From: Paramoeba atlantica | Taxonomy: Eukaryota; Protista; Discosea | Direction: 5' to 3' | NCBI GenBank assembly: GCA_977017575.1 | Contig: CDRNVI010000167.1 | Span: 1 to 64,000, forward strand | DNA: 64,000 bases | Shown here: piece by piece, positions 16,981 to 28,240 of the stretch | How positions within the stretch are numbered: the stretch's first letter is position 1 | Layout of the letters: every line of letters begins with the position of its first letter | Made by a program: the position numbers and the translations under genes | The notes under the pieces: generated by a model | Databases searched by the model: none | Told to the model about the DNA's origin: nothing | What the model saw: only the letters and a program-made list of their open reading frames with translations

Positions 16981-17361
16981 TGGAGTCTCAAAAACACAAA
17001 CACCCACGAGGGGAGTTAGACCAGTTTTTTCAAAAAAAAAAAAGAAGAATTATAAAAGAAGATTAAAAAGATTGCTGGTTGATTTGGGTTTTTTACCTTG
17101 CCTTTTTGTGCAGTCTTTTTTTTCTTTCTTGTCTTTTGTTTAGTGTGTGTGCAAACTTGCTGAGGGATACACTAAGAGGGTGTGGATCTTGCCTTCCTTG
17201 TGTGTGTGGGATTGCTGCCACAAAGACTGCAACCAAGAAGGGTTGTTTTTCTTTGTGTGTTATTGCTGTTGGGGGTCTTCCATTGCTGTCAGTTTCCAAC
17301 ACTGAATCCTTCTCTGAATCCTTCTCCAAAGCTGTTTTATATTGGGTATCAAATATCCATC

Positions 17362-17402
17362 CTCTCTGGGTTCCAAATTTTCAAATTAGCATCCAGAGAG
17401 TA
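17362..17402. repeat. Short hairpin element, copy 2
   Basis: ctctctgggttccaaattttcaaattagcatccagagag TA. Confidence 0.75.
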
Positions 17403-17427
17403 TGAAAAACCCCAAAACAAAAACAAG

Positions 17428-17491
17428 GCCCTCTGATTGATAGGGAGCAGTGCATTGGCCTTCTGAGCTGATAGTTCTTCACCCCAGGTGC
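17428..17491 (+). pseudogene. Decayed tRNA-Arg(TCT) copy
   Basis: gtgcattggccttctgagctgatagtt...ccccaggtgc+polyT matches gcgcatcggccttctgagctggtggtt...ctcctggtgc+polyT at 20200; T-arm deleted; same upstream hairpin and attgggtat. Confidence 0.7.
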
Positions 17492-18447
17492 TTTTTTTTT
17501 TTCTCTCACTCTTCCTCTCTGTTTCTCTGCTTTTTTTTGTTTTGGAAAAGAAAAAAAAAACAAGACAAATGAAAACAAAAAAAAAAAGAGAGAGACACAG
17601 GAAAAGAGAAAAAAGAAAAAAAAAGGAGAAAAAAAGAGTCAGGAAAAAAATACCTCACCACACATACACTACACAAGCATCCCTCAAGATGAAGAAGACA
17701 AACACAAAAAAAAAGTGAAAAAAATAAAAACCTTCAACAAAAAACACAAAACACCCCCCCCCCCCCCAAAAAAAAAAAACACCCACCTCTCTGCTCTCCC
17801 TCCACTCTTGTCCTCCTCCCTCTCTTCTGTGGATCTGGTTTCATCATCCACTCCACTCGATGCCAATCACGATGTCATGTGGTTGAGTTGATGCCCAAAA
17901 ACACACACACAAAACGTCTCATCTCGTGGGTGCTTCTGGGTGACTTGTCAAAAAAAATAGTTTTTCTTTCTCTTTTTTTTTTTGTCAACAAACATCAACA
18001 AACTTCTCTTTCCTCTTTTTCAATCTTTTTCTCTTTCTCTCTTCTCTCTTGTCCTCGTTTCTCTTTTTTTTTTCAAAGGAATTTTGGTGATGCCAAAAAG
18101 AAAAACAAAAAACAAAACAAAAAGATAAAATAAAAAAAAAGGAAACAAAAAACAAAAAAGGAACAAAAAACAGAAAAAAGAAGAAAAAAGAAACAAAAGA
18201 AAAACCTTCTTTTTTTTTTGAAGAAAAAGGTTCAAAAAATGGAAAACACAGATGCACGTGAATCCTCATTGGGAGATAAGACACCAAAAAGAATGTTTTT
18301 CTCTTTCTTCTCCTCTTGCTTCTCCTCTTTTGTGTGTTGTTTTTGTTCACTCTTCTCCTCTTTCTCTCTCTCTCTCTCTTTTTCTTCCACACTCCACAAA
18401 AAATAACCAACAAAAAAAACAGGAATTGTGTTTTTTTGGAACGCTAA

Positions 18448-19302
<855 letters not shown>

Positions 19303-19548
19303 AAGAAATAAAAGATATCTATTTATTTAACGACTTATTTATTGGAAAAAATGAATCAGTTTTTTTTTGAGAATTGCTGAGAGAGAAAGAGAGGAGAAAG
19401 GACAGGGAGAACAGGGAGAACAGGGAGAACAGAGAGGGAGAACAGAGAGAGAGGGAGGTGAGGAGGTTATCTTCTTTTCCAGAAAAAAAAAAGGGGATGA
19501 TTCAAAATTTATCATTTTGTTAAAAGAAGAAAAAAAAGAAGAGAAAGT

Positions 19549-19667
19549 GTCTTCGGTCATACCCAGTTGAAAGCACCCGATCCCATCAGAACTCGGAAGT
19601 TAAGCAGCTGTGGGCTCGGTTAGTAGAATGGTGGGTGACCACATTCGAATCCCGAGTGCTGAAGACC
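19549..19667 (+). rRNA. 5S rRNA, copy 1
   Basis: gtcttcggtcatacc...cccgatcccatcagaactcggaagttaagc...ggttagta...gctgaagacc; 119 nt with paired ends; T-rich terminator. Confidence 0.95.
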
Positions 19668-19978
19668 TTCTCTTTTTTTCTTTTTTTTCTTTTCTTTTTT
19701 CTTTTTTTCTTTTCTCAATTTTCTTCCCCACCAACCTTCTTTTTCTCTGTCTTGATGGTTCCTGGGTCTTTTTTTTTTCTTTTTTCTTCTTTTTTTCTTT
19801 CCTTTTTTTTTTTTTTTTCATTTTCTTGCTCCTCCATAATTAAAGCTCTATTTTTTTCCCCCCCCTTCCTCCCTCATTCTCCTTTTCTCAAAAATTTGTT
19901 TTTTTTTCCTTCCCCACAGGGTTCATTTTGTTTTTCATCCCTTTTGTGATTGGGTATATTTTTGTGATCATATATTCA

Positions 19979-20020
19979 TACTCTCTGGGTCCGAATTTTC
20001 AAATTAGCATCCAGAGAGTA
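19979..20020. repeat. Short TA-flanked hairpin element, copy 3
   Basis: ttcaTA ctctctgggtccgaattttcaaattagcatccagagag TAtgaa; 38 bp between the TAs. Confidence 0.8.
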
Positions 20021-20199
20021 TGAAACAAATCCAAAAGAAAAAACAAAAAAAAAACCATTATCTCTCTTTTTTCCAGATGAAATCTTCCCAATCCCCATTG
20101 GAACAAAAGAATCACAAGCAACAAACCTCCCTCCTCTTGAGACTCCGAGAGAAGAGAGAGAGAAGGACACAAAAAAAATGGAAAATATTTTTCAGAAAT

Positions 20200-20272
20200 G
20201 CACTAGTGGCGCAATTGGTAGCGCATCGGCCTTCTGAGCTGGTGGTTGTGGGTTCGAGTCCCTCCTGGTGCT
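20200..20272 (+). tRNA. trnR-TCT: tRNA-Arg(TCT), slightly atypical
   Basis: gcactag tg gcgc aattggta gcgc a tcggc ctTCTga gctgg tggtt gtggg ttcgagt ccctc ctggtgc t; G37 and a T-T mismatch in the T-stem. Confidence 0.88.
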
Positions 20273-21859
20273 TTTTTTTTTTCTTTCTCTCTCACCCTTT
20301 CTCTTTTTTCTTTCTCTCACCTTTTTCTCTTTTTTTTCTTCACTTTTCTCTCTTTTTCTTTCTCTACTCTCTTTTTTTTTCTTTCTTTCACTCTTTCTCT
20401 CTTTTTTTCTCTCCCTCTCTCTTTTTTTTATCTTCTTCTTCTTTTCCTTCCAAATTCCCTTTTCTTTTCTCTCTCTTTTTTTGTTTTTCAAAGAGAAAAG
20501 GGGAAAAAAAGGAAAAAGGAAAAAAAAAAGAAAAAAAAGAAGAAAAAAAAAGAAAAAAAGGGAAAAAATAAGAAAAAAAAGGAAAGAAGGAAAAAATGAA
20601 AAAAATGAAAAAATAAAAAAAAAAAGACCTCTTGGTTTGAGCTGGCGCAGATCACCACAACCCCAAGATCACACAACACACCCACCGAGACGGATCCCCT
20701 GAAAAGAAAGGTGCCACAACCTGAGACAGGGAACAACAGCATGAATTGTTTTGGAAAAAGGAGAATGAGAGAAAAAAAAAGGAGGGGACAACTTGAGAAG
20801 AGAAAAGAGTGGGGGAAATGGGGAAAAAAAGGGAGAAACAAAAGAAAGAGAGGAAACGAAAAAAAAAAAAAACCAAAAGCAGTTTATTGAGTTTACAAAA
20901 AGCATCTTCCACGGTTTTCGATGTCCTGAAAAATTAAGGGATCTAAATCAGCGGTTCAACCGCTTTTTTTGTTTTGGTGAGCAGCAGCACAGGTGACAGA
21001 AGAGAGAGAAGAGAGAAAGAAGAAAGAGAAGAAAGAGAGAGAGAGAGAGGAAAGGGAGGGAAGAGAAGAAAGAGAAGAAAGAGAAGAAAGAGAAGAAAGA
21101 GAAGAAAGAGAAGAAAGAGAAGAAAGAGAAGAAAGAGAGGAAGAGAGGAAAGAGAAGAGAGAAAGAGAAGAAACTTTCTTGGAGAAAGGAACTTTGTGTT
21201 TGAAAGGATCTCTTTTTCCTTTGGTTTCTTTTTTTTTTTTACCCTTTTTCCTTCTTTTTTTTTTTTTTCTTTTTTCCCCCCTGTTTTCCTTTTTTTTCTT
21301 TTCTGTTTCTCTCCTTTTTTTCTTTTCTGCTCTTTGATTTCTTTTTATTGCTGTTTTCGCCAAAAGTTGAATTTAGTTGGTAAACAACAATAAATTTCTT
21401 TTCAAAAGAAATTTTCTGTTTCTTAATCCTTTGTGCGGCGAGTGATGGGTTGAGAAAAAAATGTGAACAAGGCTGATGATTTTAGACAGCAGTGAGATTG
21501 AATAATACACAATGTGTGATGTGGATCTACCAAGATTACTTTCTTGACTCAAAGTTTAGTGGAAAAAGGAGGTTGGTTGAGTTGAAGTTGTGGCAGTGGC
21601 TGCTCAACATAGAAGTCTTCCTCATCATTGGTTCACTGGCAACAGGATAACTGGGATGAGGCAGGCAATACTGCTTGGGGGGGTTCTTGGAAGAAGGTCT
21701 TCATACAATTACTGGGTGGTCCAGATGCAACTGGGTAGTTGAGATCAAGAAGATCCTGAATATATGCTTAAGGAAATGATTCTCTTGGAGGTTTTTGTTC
21801 AATTTTTGGGTCTGAATGAAGAGACAAATGCCCAACAACAATATCTTATTAGGATATTT

Positions 21860-22170
21860 TGTGTTCGTTTCCGTTCGGTTCCTTGTTTGCACGTTTCTGG
21901 TTTGACCAAGAGAATCGAAAGAGTTTTGTTTTCGAAGCTGCAAAGGATTTCCGTATTTACACCTCTCCCCCCTTTTTGAAAAATCAAGTGTCCTCACTTG
22001 GCCAACTCTTCTTGAATTGTTTGTTCGAGTCTGACTGTCAAGGATAGCAAAATAGCAAAATAGCAAAGATAGCAAGGGAAAAACCACACGAGTGGAAAGC
22101 CCTTGGTTCGAGGGAAAACCAGGACAAACACAGCGCAAAAAACCATCAGGCGTGAAAGTAGAAAAAAAAA
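21860..22170 (-). mobile_element. LTR-retroelement junction: LTR 3' end (22170 to 22036), 58-bp internal stretch, PPT (21977-21962), TG start of another LTR part
   Basis: 22072-22155 matches 37535-37620 (caagggaaaaaccaca..tggaaagcccttgg..gagggaaaac..cacag.gcaaaaaacc); on the minus strand it ends ...ttgaCA, and later aaaaaggggggagagg TGtaaatacgg. Confidence 0.55.
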
Positions 22171-22208
22171 ATTCGATCTCCTTTCGCAGTTCCGGAAGAT
22201 TAGTCTCT

Positions 22209-22649
22209 TTATCCCTTCATTTCGAGGTAATTTTCTAATTCATTCCCATGTGAATCTTTCACATCTTCTTCGTACATCCAACGTTTTTGAATTCTTCCTC
22301 TGCCAGTAGGGCCAACAACAAGATATTGATTATATCCATTGTATATTCTTTCTTGGATAATTTGGGTGTCAAATCCCTTATTTTCTTGTCCAAGGTTTGA
22401 ATTTGTGGATTGTGTTAATTTTCGTCTTTTTCTGAATTCTCTCAGGAGAATGGTCTCGCGGAGGATTTTATGAATTTCTCTCCTTGCATTCTCTTTTTCT
22501 AAGAGGTAATCTTTCAGAAGTTCAGAGTCTTTTAATTGTTCATGTAAAAACCATTCATATCTTATTTTTCCTGCTGCAGTGGTGATCTGAACACGATATT
22601 TTTTCGGTTGTCCAGAATCATTCTCACTCAGGATTTTGTATTGAAGACT
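22209..22649 (-). CDS. Start-less open frame with two chromodomain-like repeats (C-terminus of the polyprotein; absent from the ORF track)
   Basis: YKILSENDSGQPKKYRVQITTAAGKIRYEWFLHEQLKDSELLKDYL and QIIQERIYNGYNQYLVVGPTGRGRIQKRWMYEEDVKDSHGNELENYL resemble the KIL..R...G..EYLVKW....TWE.EENL..ELL.EY pattern. Confidence 0.55.
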   Translation of the reverse strand, partial: SLQYKILSENDSGQPKKYRVQITTAAGKIRYEWFLHEQLKDSELLKDYLLEKENARREIHKILRETILLREFRKRRKLTQSTNSNLGQENKGFDTQIIQERIYNGYNQYLVVGPTGRGRIQKRWMYEEDVKDSHGNELENYLEMKG

Positions 22650-23314
22650 TCAGACGTCCTTTCCCAGGTTCCAACTGGAGGGTCTCTTCTGATTGTTCCA
22701 TGGGCTCTAAAGTTATCCATTCAACTGTTTTCAATTCACCAATTTCCCCACAGGTTCTGGAAGAACCGCGGAAATTTGAGAATTGTCTTTATTTTTCTGC
22801 AAAAAGGGAAAGTCAATGCATGCAACAATTTTCGGAATTCTATTTTTCCTTTGTCAAAGTCAAGGACAGCTCCAATCTTTGAAAGAAATGGAGTTCCAAA
22901 AATAATGCTGGAAGAGAGCTCATTTAAGATTGTGAACCCAGTGTCTCCTCCTTTCCCCAGCAGCAATGTTGATTTCAAGGAGAACTTCCTCCCTTGGTTT
23001 GACACTTGTTTTGTTTGCCATAGTGACCTTGCCGCCTTGATATGGTCTTCTCATTCTTGGTACAATGTTTTTAATGAGCTTTTCTCGACACCACATCAAT
23101 TCCAGCACCAGAATCACAAAGTGCTTGTATGCATTTTTGATCAACAGTACAAGGGGTGTATGGTTAACACAATTGTTATTTATTTGACTCAGTTTCGGAA
23201 ATACTTCTCTCGTCAAGATCTTCTTGTCAAATATAACAAATCCTTTGTCAGTCAGATTAACCAAAGTGTGATTTGTATCCTGTTTCCAAGATCTCTTAGT
23301 ATTTTTCAGATTTG

Positions 23315-24361
23315 TCAAATTGTAAAGAAGTCAAACCTTGCCAGTATTTTTGTGCCCTCTTCAGGTGTTAGTGTTCCACCTTCCATTGCATCAAAAAGTT
23401 CGGAAGCTCTTTCAATTAGTTTCCAGAACTTCTTTTGAGGTTCTTTCCGTCTTTGGGAGTCAGTTTTCATGGGGGGGGGTTCTGGTCTCCCCGTGTAGCC
23501 ATTTTTGATAATCCATTGTCTCAGGGTACTCCTTTTGGATTGCTTTGGAATATTGTTCCATTGCTCTCCTCCAAGGGGGGTCCTTACCGAAAATGGCATT
23601 TGACAATTGCGAACCCTTATGAATTTCGCAGTGTTCAACCAGAAACACTGGCGACTTCCATGGTCTGTAAAGCCGCAAAGTGAACATCTCATCTTCCCTT
23701 GAGTCCTGAAAGAAGCTGCGGATTCAGACCGCAATCCCTCCATCAAGCGACAAAGTCGGAGAAGATGAGCTCCACCACAAATGAAACAAAAAGGTTCTTC
23801 CCTCTTTCTCTTTCGATCAGTTTGGTCCGCAATCTTTTGATACTCTGCCGTATCCTGAACTCCAATCTTTGCTAATCGAGGTTCTGGCGTCGAGCACTCC
23901 AAAGTGAACTTCAGATCGACAAGAAATCTCTTCACTGTATCCTCCCAATCAAGTTTTCTTCCCAAATCCTTAAACTTCGCCTTGAATACAGACCCTTGTT
24001 CAAATTTCTCAGCAAATTCGTCAATAATATCTCTATCACGCGCATCCCTTCGAGAAATTTTGTTCTTCTTCAAATATAGATCGAGAAAATGGGTCGCGTA
24101 CTGCTGGAACTTGCTCATTTTCGAATTAGGCATTCGAAAATTTTGGTACCTGGACGAGTCTGTCATCTCCTCTTCAGTTTGTCCAAACATTTTCCGCAAA
24201 GCCTCAAGCAAAACAAGTGGATCTTGGGACTCGCTCACCATCTTCCAGCTAATTGAGTTAGGCAGTTTGATAAATAACTTCAGATCCCTCCCAAGAGGTG
24301 CCACATTTGGCGAGACTTTTGAGTTCAGCTTCTCTCTCGCCACATAACAAAAATCGTTCAC
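23315..24361 (-). CDS. Gag-like protein with two zinc knuckles (true 5' part extends to ~24800 through a stop/frameshift)
   Basis: 348-aa ORF from a GTG; CX2CX3HX4C and CX2CX4HX4C motifs. Confidence 0.75.
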   Translation of the reverse strand: MNDFCYVAREKLNSKVSPNVAPLGRDLKLFIKLPNSISWKMVSESQDPLVLLEALRKMFGQTEEEMTDSSRYQNFRMPNSKMSKFQQYATHFLDLYLKKNKISRRDARDRDIIDEFAEKFEQGSVFKAKFKDLGRKLDWEDTVKRFLVDLKFTLECSTPEPRLAKIGVQDTAEYQKIADQTDRKRKREEPFCFICGGAHLLRLCRLMEGLRSESAASFRTQGKMRCSLCGFTDHGSRQCFWLNTAKFIRVRNCQMPFSVRTPLGGEQWNNIPKQSKRSTLRQWIIKNGYTGRPEPPPMKTDSQRRKEPQKKFWKLIERASELFDAMEGGTLTPEEGTKILARFDFFTI

Positions 24362-24800
24362 TTCAGTGGGGTCCGAAAAATTCGTTTCTTTTACCAGTTC
24401 TCTCAGATTATCTCTTTGAGCCTTTGTATACGTTCCAGAGTCTTGAGATGGGTAAGGGTCGATCCATCAACATCGAGCTGAGTTGAGAGATTTGTCTTCT
24501 CATGCCACTCAAGTCCTTGTTCATCAGCTGTCTCTCTTCTCAGAGTTGAAGAAAACTGTTCTGGAGGTCTTCATAAGAGGGCGCCTCGTCTTTCCCATTT
24601 CCACGAACAGGTGAAAGGCCATCAAGTAGATATCGGTGAGATTCATCTCTCATCACAAACCGAGATGAAGTTGAAGAACCTGAAGAACCCGAAGAACTTG
24701 AAAAGGAGTTGAAAAACTTGAAGGAGTTGAAGAACTGGAAAGGAGCTGAGGAACTTGAGAGAATTGAAGAACTTGAAGGAGTTGCAGAACTCGCAGGAGT

Positions 24801-25270
24801 CAATTGTCTCAAGCTGATATTGATTGAATGGTGAAGGATGCTGAACAGTTTAAGGATGAAGATGAGGAAGCTCGTAAGAAGGTTGAAGCGAAGAATGGAC
24901 TTGAGAACTATGCTTACTCTTTGTTGCTGAGTTTGAACACAGGAGGAAGGAATTGGAAGAGAAGGTGATGCCAATCTTCTCCAAGATCTACCAAGGAGCT
25001 GGTGGTGAGGGTGGTGTGCCTGGTGGTATGCCTGGTGGTATGCCTGGGGGTAAGCCCGGTGGTATGCCTGGGGGTAAGCCCAGTGGTATGCCCGGTGGTA
25101 TGCCAGGAGGAGGTATGCCTGGTGGATTCCCTGGTGGTGCTGGGGGATTCCCTGGTGGAGCTGGTGGATTCCCTGGTGGTGATTCTGGTTCTGGAGGTTT
25201 CTCTGGTTCTGGTGGAAATGCAGGAGGATCTGGTTCTTCTGCTGAACCCAAGATCGAGGAAGTTGATTAA
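24801..25270 (+). pseudogene. HSP70: Cytosolic HSP70 3' fragment
   Basis: [40 protein letters not shown], internal deletion at ~24923, then [24 protein letters not shown]-(GGMP)n-KIEEVD; stop at 24825-24827; 5' ~500 codons absent. Confidence 0.9.
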
Positions 25271-25819
25271 AATTTTGTTGAATACTTTCTCTTTCCTTTT
25301 GTATAAAATAAATAAATTATTGGTTGAAAAATATTTATTATTATTATTAAAATAATTTTTTTTTCTCTCTCTTTTGGAACTCTCACAACAATCTCAACAA
25401 AAGGAGAGGAGATCTCTCACACACACAAACAATCCAATCCCTTTGCCCCTGTCAAGTTAGCAAAAGAACATCACACAGTTTCATTAACCCACCAGACAGA
25501 ATCCCCACCTCGACTACCATTTTTTTCTCTTGTCAACTTCATCCTCTCTTTTCTCTTTGCTTTTTGTTGTTTTTTCTCTCCTCTGGGACCATCTCCTGAA
25601 AAATAATGAAATCAGATCAATCTGGCGATCTCTTTTTGTTAAAAACGCCTCCTCTTTTTGAATTTTCCCCCACCACACTCTCGCTGCTGCATACATGCTT
25701 GAAAATCCCCAAAGAGGCTGCAATATTTGTTTTGTACACAAATATTGTAGTCTTTTTAGCTTCAATAAAAAGATTAAAGGTACATGTTACACACACACAC
25801 TACTCCTCAGGATAAGAGG

Positions 25820-26036
25820 GGGGAAAAAGTAAGAGAGGAGGAAAAAAAAAAGAAAAAAGAAAAAACAAATAAAAAAATAAACAAATAAAAAAGAAAAACA
25901 AGAAAAAATAAATAAAAACAAAACAAAAAAACAAAAGGAAAAATAAAAAAAAAGAAAAAAAAGAAAGAAAAGGGAAAGGAAAGGGAAAAGGAAAAAAAAG
26001 AAAAAAAGAAAACAAAAAAACAAATAAAAACAAAAG

Positions 26037-26099
<63 letters not shown>

Positions 26100-27660
26100 A
26101 AAAAAAAGAAAAAAAAAGAAAAAAAAAAGAAAAAAAAGAAAAAGAAAAGAAAAAAAGAAACAAGAAAGAAAAAAGAAAAAAAAAAGAGAAAAAAAGAGAA
26201 GAAAAAAAGAAAAGATAAAAGAAACAAAGAGAAGAAAAAAGAAAAAAAGAAAGAAAAAAGAAAAAGAAAAAAGGAAAAGGAAAAAAAAAGGAAAGGGGGA
26301 AGGAAGAGGGAAAAGAGAAAGAGAAAAAAGAGAGAACCAACAATTTTTTTTTTATTTTCGCTTTGATCAAGAAAAGAAAGGAGAAAGAGGAGGAAAAGGG
26401 AAAAAAACAAAAAAAAACAAAAAAAAACAAAAAACAAAAAAAAAGAAAAGAAAACAAAGGAAAAAAATAAAATAAAAAAACAAAAAAAACAAAAAAAAGA
26501 AAAGAAAAGAAGAGAACAATAAACAAAACAAAACAAAACAAACAAAACAAACAAAACAAAAAAAAAGAAAAAAAAAGAAAAAAAAAAGAAAAAAGAAAAA
26601 AAAGAAAAAAGAAAAAAAAAAAAAGAAAAAAAAAAGAAAAAAGAAAGAAAAGAAAAAAACTGTGAAGAAAAAGGATCTCTTTTGATACGTGATTTCACTC
26701 TTTTCTAATTCAATGACTTCACTGTCTTAAAAGGAAAGAAAGAGAAGGAAAGAAAAGAAAAGAGAAAAAGAAAGAGGGGAAAGAGGAGAAAAGAGAAGGG
26801 GGAGAAGATTAAAAAGAGGAAAGAGAAAAGATAAAAAAGACAAAAACAAAAGATGAAAGAAAAGAAAAAAAAAAGGAAAAACACAAAACAAAAGAAAAAA
26901 AGAAAAAAGAAAAAACAAAAGAAAAAAAACAAAAGAAAAAAAGAAAAAAATCAATGAAGAAAAAAGGAACATTTTTTTAATACATGAATTACACTCTCTT
27001 CAATTAAACAACTTTCCTGTGTTAAGGAGAAAAGAAAGAGAAAGAAAGAGAGAAGGAAAAAGAGAGAAAAAGAGAAGAGAGGGGAAAAGATTAAAAAGAG
27101 GAAAGATAAAGAGGAAAAGATAAAAAAAAAAACAAAACAAAACAAAACAAAAAGAAAAAGAAAAAAAGAAAAAAAGAAAAGAAAAGAAAAGAAAAAAAAA
27201 GAAAAAAAAGAAAAAAACAAAAAGAAAAAAAACAAAAAGAAAAAGAAAAAAAACAAAAAGGAAAAGAAAAAAAACAAAAAAAAATAAAAAAAAAAGAAAA
27301 AAAAAGAAAAAAAAGAAAAAAAAAAAAGAAAGAAAAGAAAGAAAAAGAAAAGAAAAGAGAAAGAGAAAAAGAAAAAGAAAAAGAAAAAAAAGAAAGAAAA
27401 AAAGAAAAAAAAAAAAAAAGAAAAAAAAAAAAAAGAAAAAAAAGAAAGAAAAGAAAAAAAAAAAAAAAGAAAGAAAAAAAAAAAAGAAAGAAAAAAAGAA
27501 AAAGAAAAAGAAAAAGAAAAAGAAAAAAAAGAAAGAAAAAGAAAGAAAAAAAGAAAGAAAAAAAAGAAAGAAAAAAAAGAAAGAAAAGAAAAAGAAAAAG
27601 AAGAAAAAAAGAAAAGAAAAATAAAAAGAGAAAAAAAAAAAAAAAAAGAAAGAAAAAAAG
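25820..27660. repeat. A-rich low-complexity tract ((A)nG, (A)nC), probably T-rich intron sequence of a minus-strand gene
   Basis: Almost pure A/G/C runs broken by short complex islands at ~26340, 26660-26735 and 26950-27025. Confidence 0.7.
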
Positions 27661-27689
27661 AATAAACCTCAAGAAAAAAAAGAGAACAT

Positions 27690-27815
27690 GATCCCACCTC
27701 TTCCCAACCTTTCCCAAGCATCCCAACCTTCCCCAACCTTCCTAAACTTCCCCAACCTTCCTAACCTTCCCCTCCTTTCCCAACCTTCCCAACCTTCCCA
27801 ACCTTCCTTTCCCTC
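27690..27815. repeat. Degenerate 9-10-bp minisatellite (cccaaccttc)n
   Basis: cttcccaacctttcccaagcatcccaaccttccccaaccttcc...cccaaccttcccaaccttcccaaccttcc. Confidence 0.7.
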
Positions 27816-28209
27816 TTCCCCTCACCTCTTCCCTCCTTCTCTTTTTTTTTTTTTTTTAATTTAATTCTTTTTTTCATCTCGCTTTTTTCTTTTTTCTCTT
27901 TCCTCTTTTCTTCCCTCTCCTTTCGCTCTTTCCTCCCTGGCAGGGGAAAAAAATTATTTTAGCACAAAAAAAAAAGATTTTAGGGTTCATAATTTTTCAA
28001 AAAAAAAAAAAGAAAAAAAGAAAAAAAGAAAAAAAAAGAAAAAAAAAGAAAAAAAAAGAAAAAAAAAGAAAAAAAAGAAAAAAAAAGAAAAAAGAGAAAA
28101 AAAGAAAAAAAAAGAAAAAAAAAGAAAAAAAAAGAAGAAAAAAAAGAAGAAAAAAAAGAATTTGTCTGGTGGGATCTCAAGTCTCCCTGACTCCCTAACT
28201 CCTCAACTC

Positions 28210-28240
<31 letters not shown>

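Larger units (their letters stand above)
22209..24800 (-). mobile_element. Frameshifted Gag - aspartic protease - tandem chromo-like polyprotein element; no RT/RNaseH/integrase
   Basis: Gag ORF 24361-23315 with CFICGGAHLLRLC and CSLCGFTDHGSRQC knuckles; ALCDSGAGIDVVS at 23104-23115 and SIIFGTPFLSKIGAVLDF (retropepsin); 146-aa open frame 22649-22209 with two chromo-like units. Confidence 0.75.

Noticed and set aside
20221-20245. Alternative anticodon (CTG, Gln) or suppressor reading of the tRNA at 20200
   Set aside because: Only the tcggc/gctgg register forms an anticodon stem, which fixes TCT
22608-23438. 276-aa plus-strand ORF
   Set aside because: It is the antisense shadow of the minus-strand protease region and has no recognisable motifs
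24801-24974. 5' part of minus-strand ORF 24540-24974 and ORF 24988-25251
   Set aside because: Antisense to the HSP70 fragment; only the part below ~24800 belongs to the gag element
27690-27815. Interstitial telomere
   Set aside because: Irregular 9-11-bp units with no fixed telomeric repeat, and no chromosome-end data to compare
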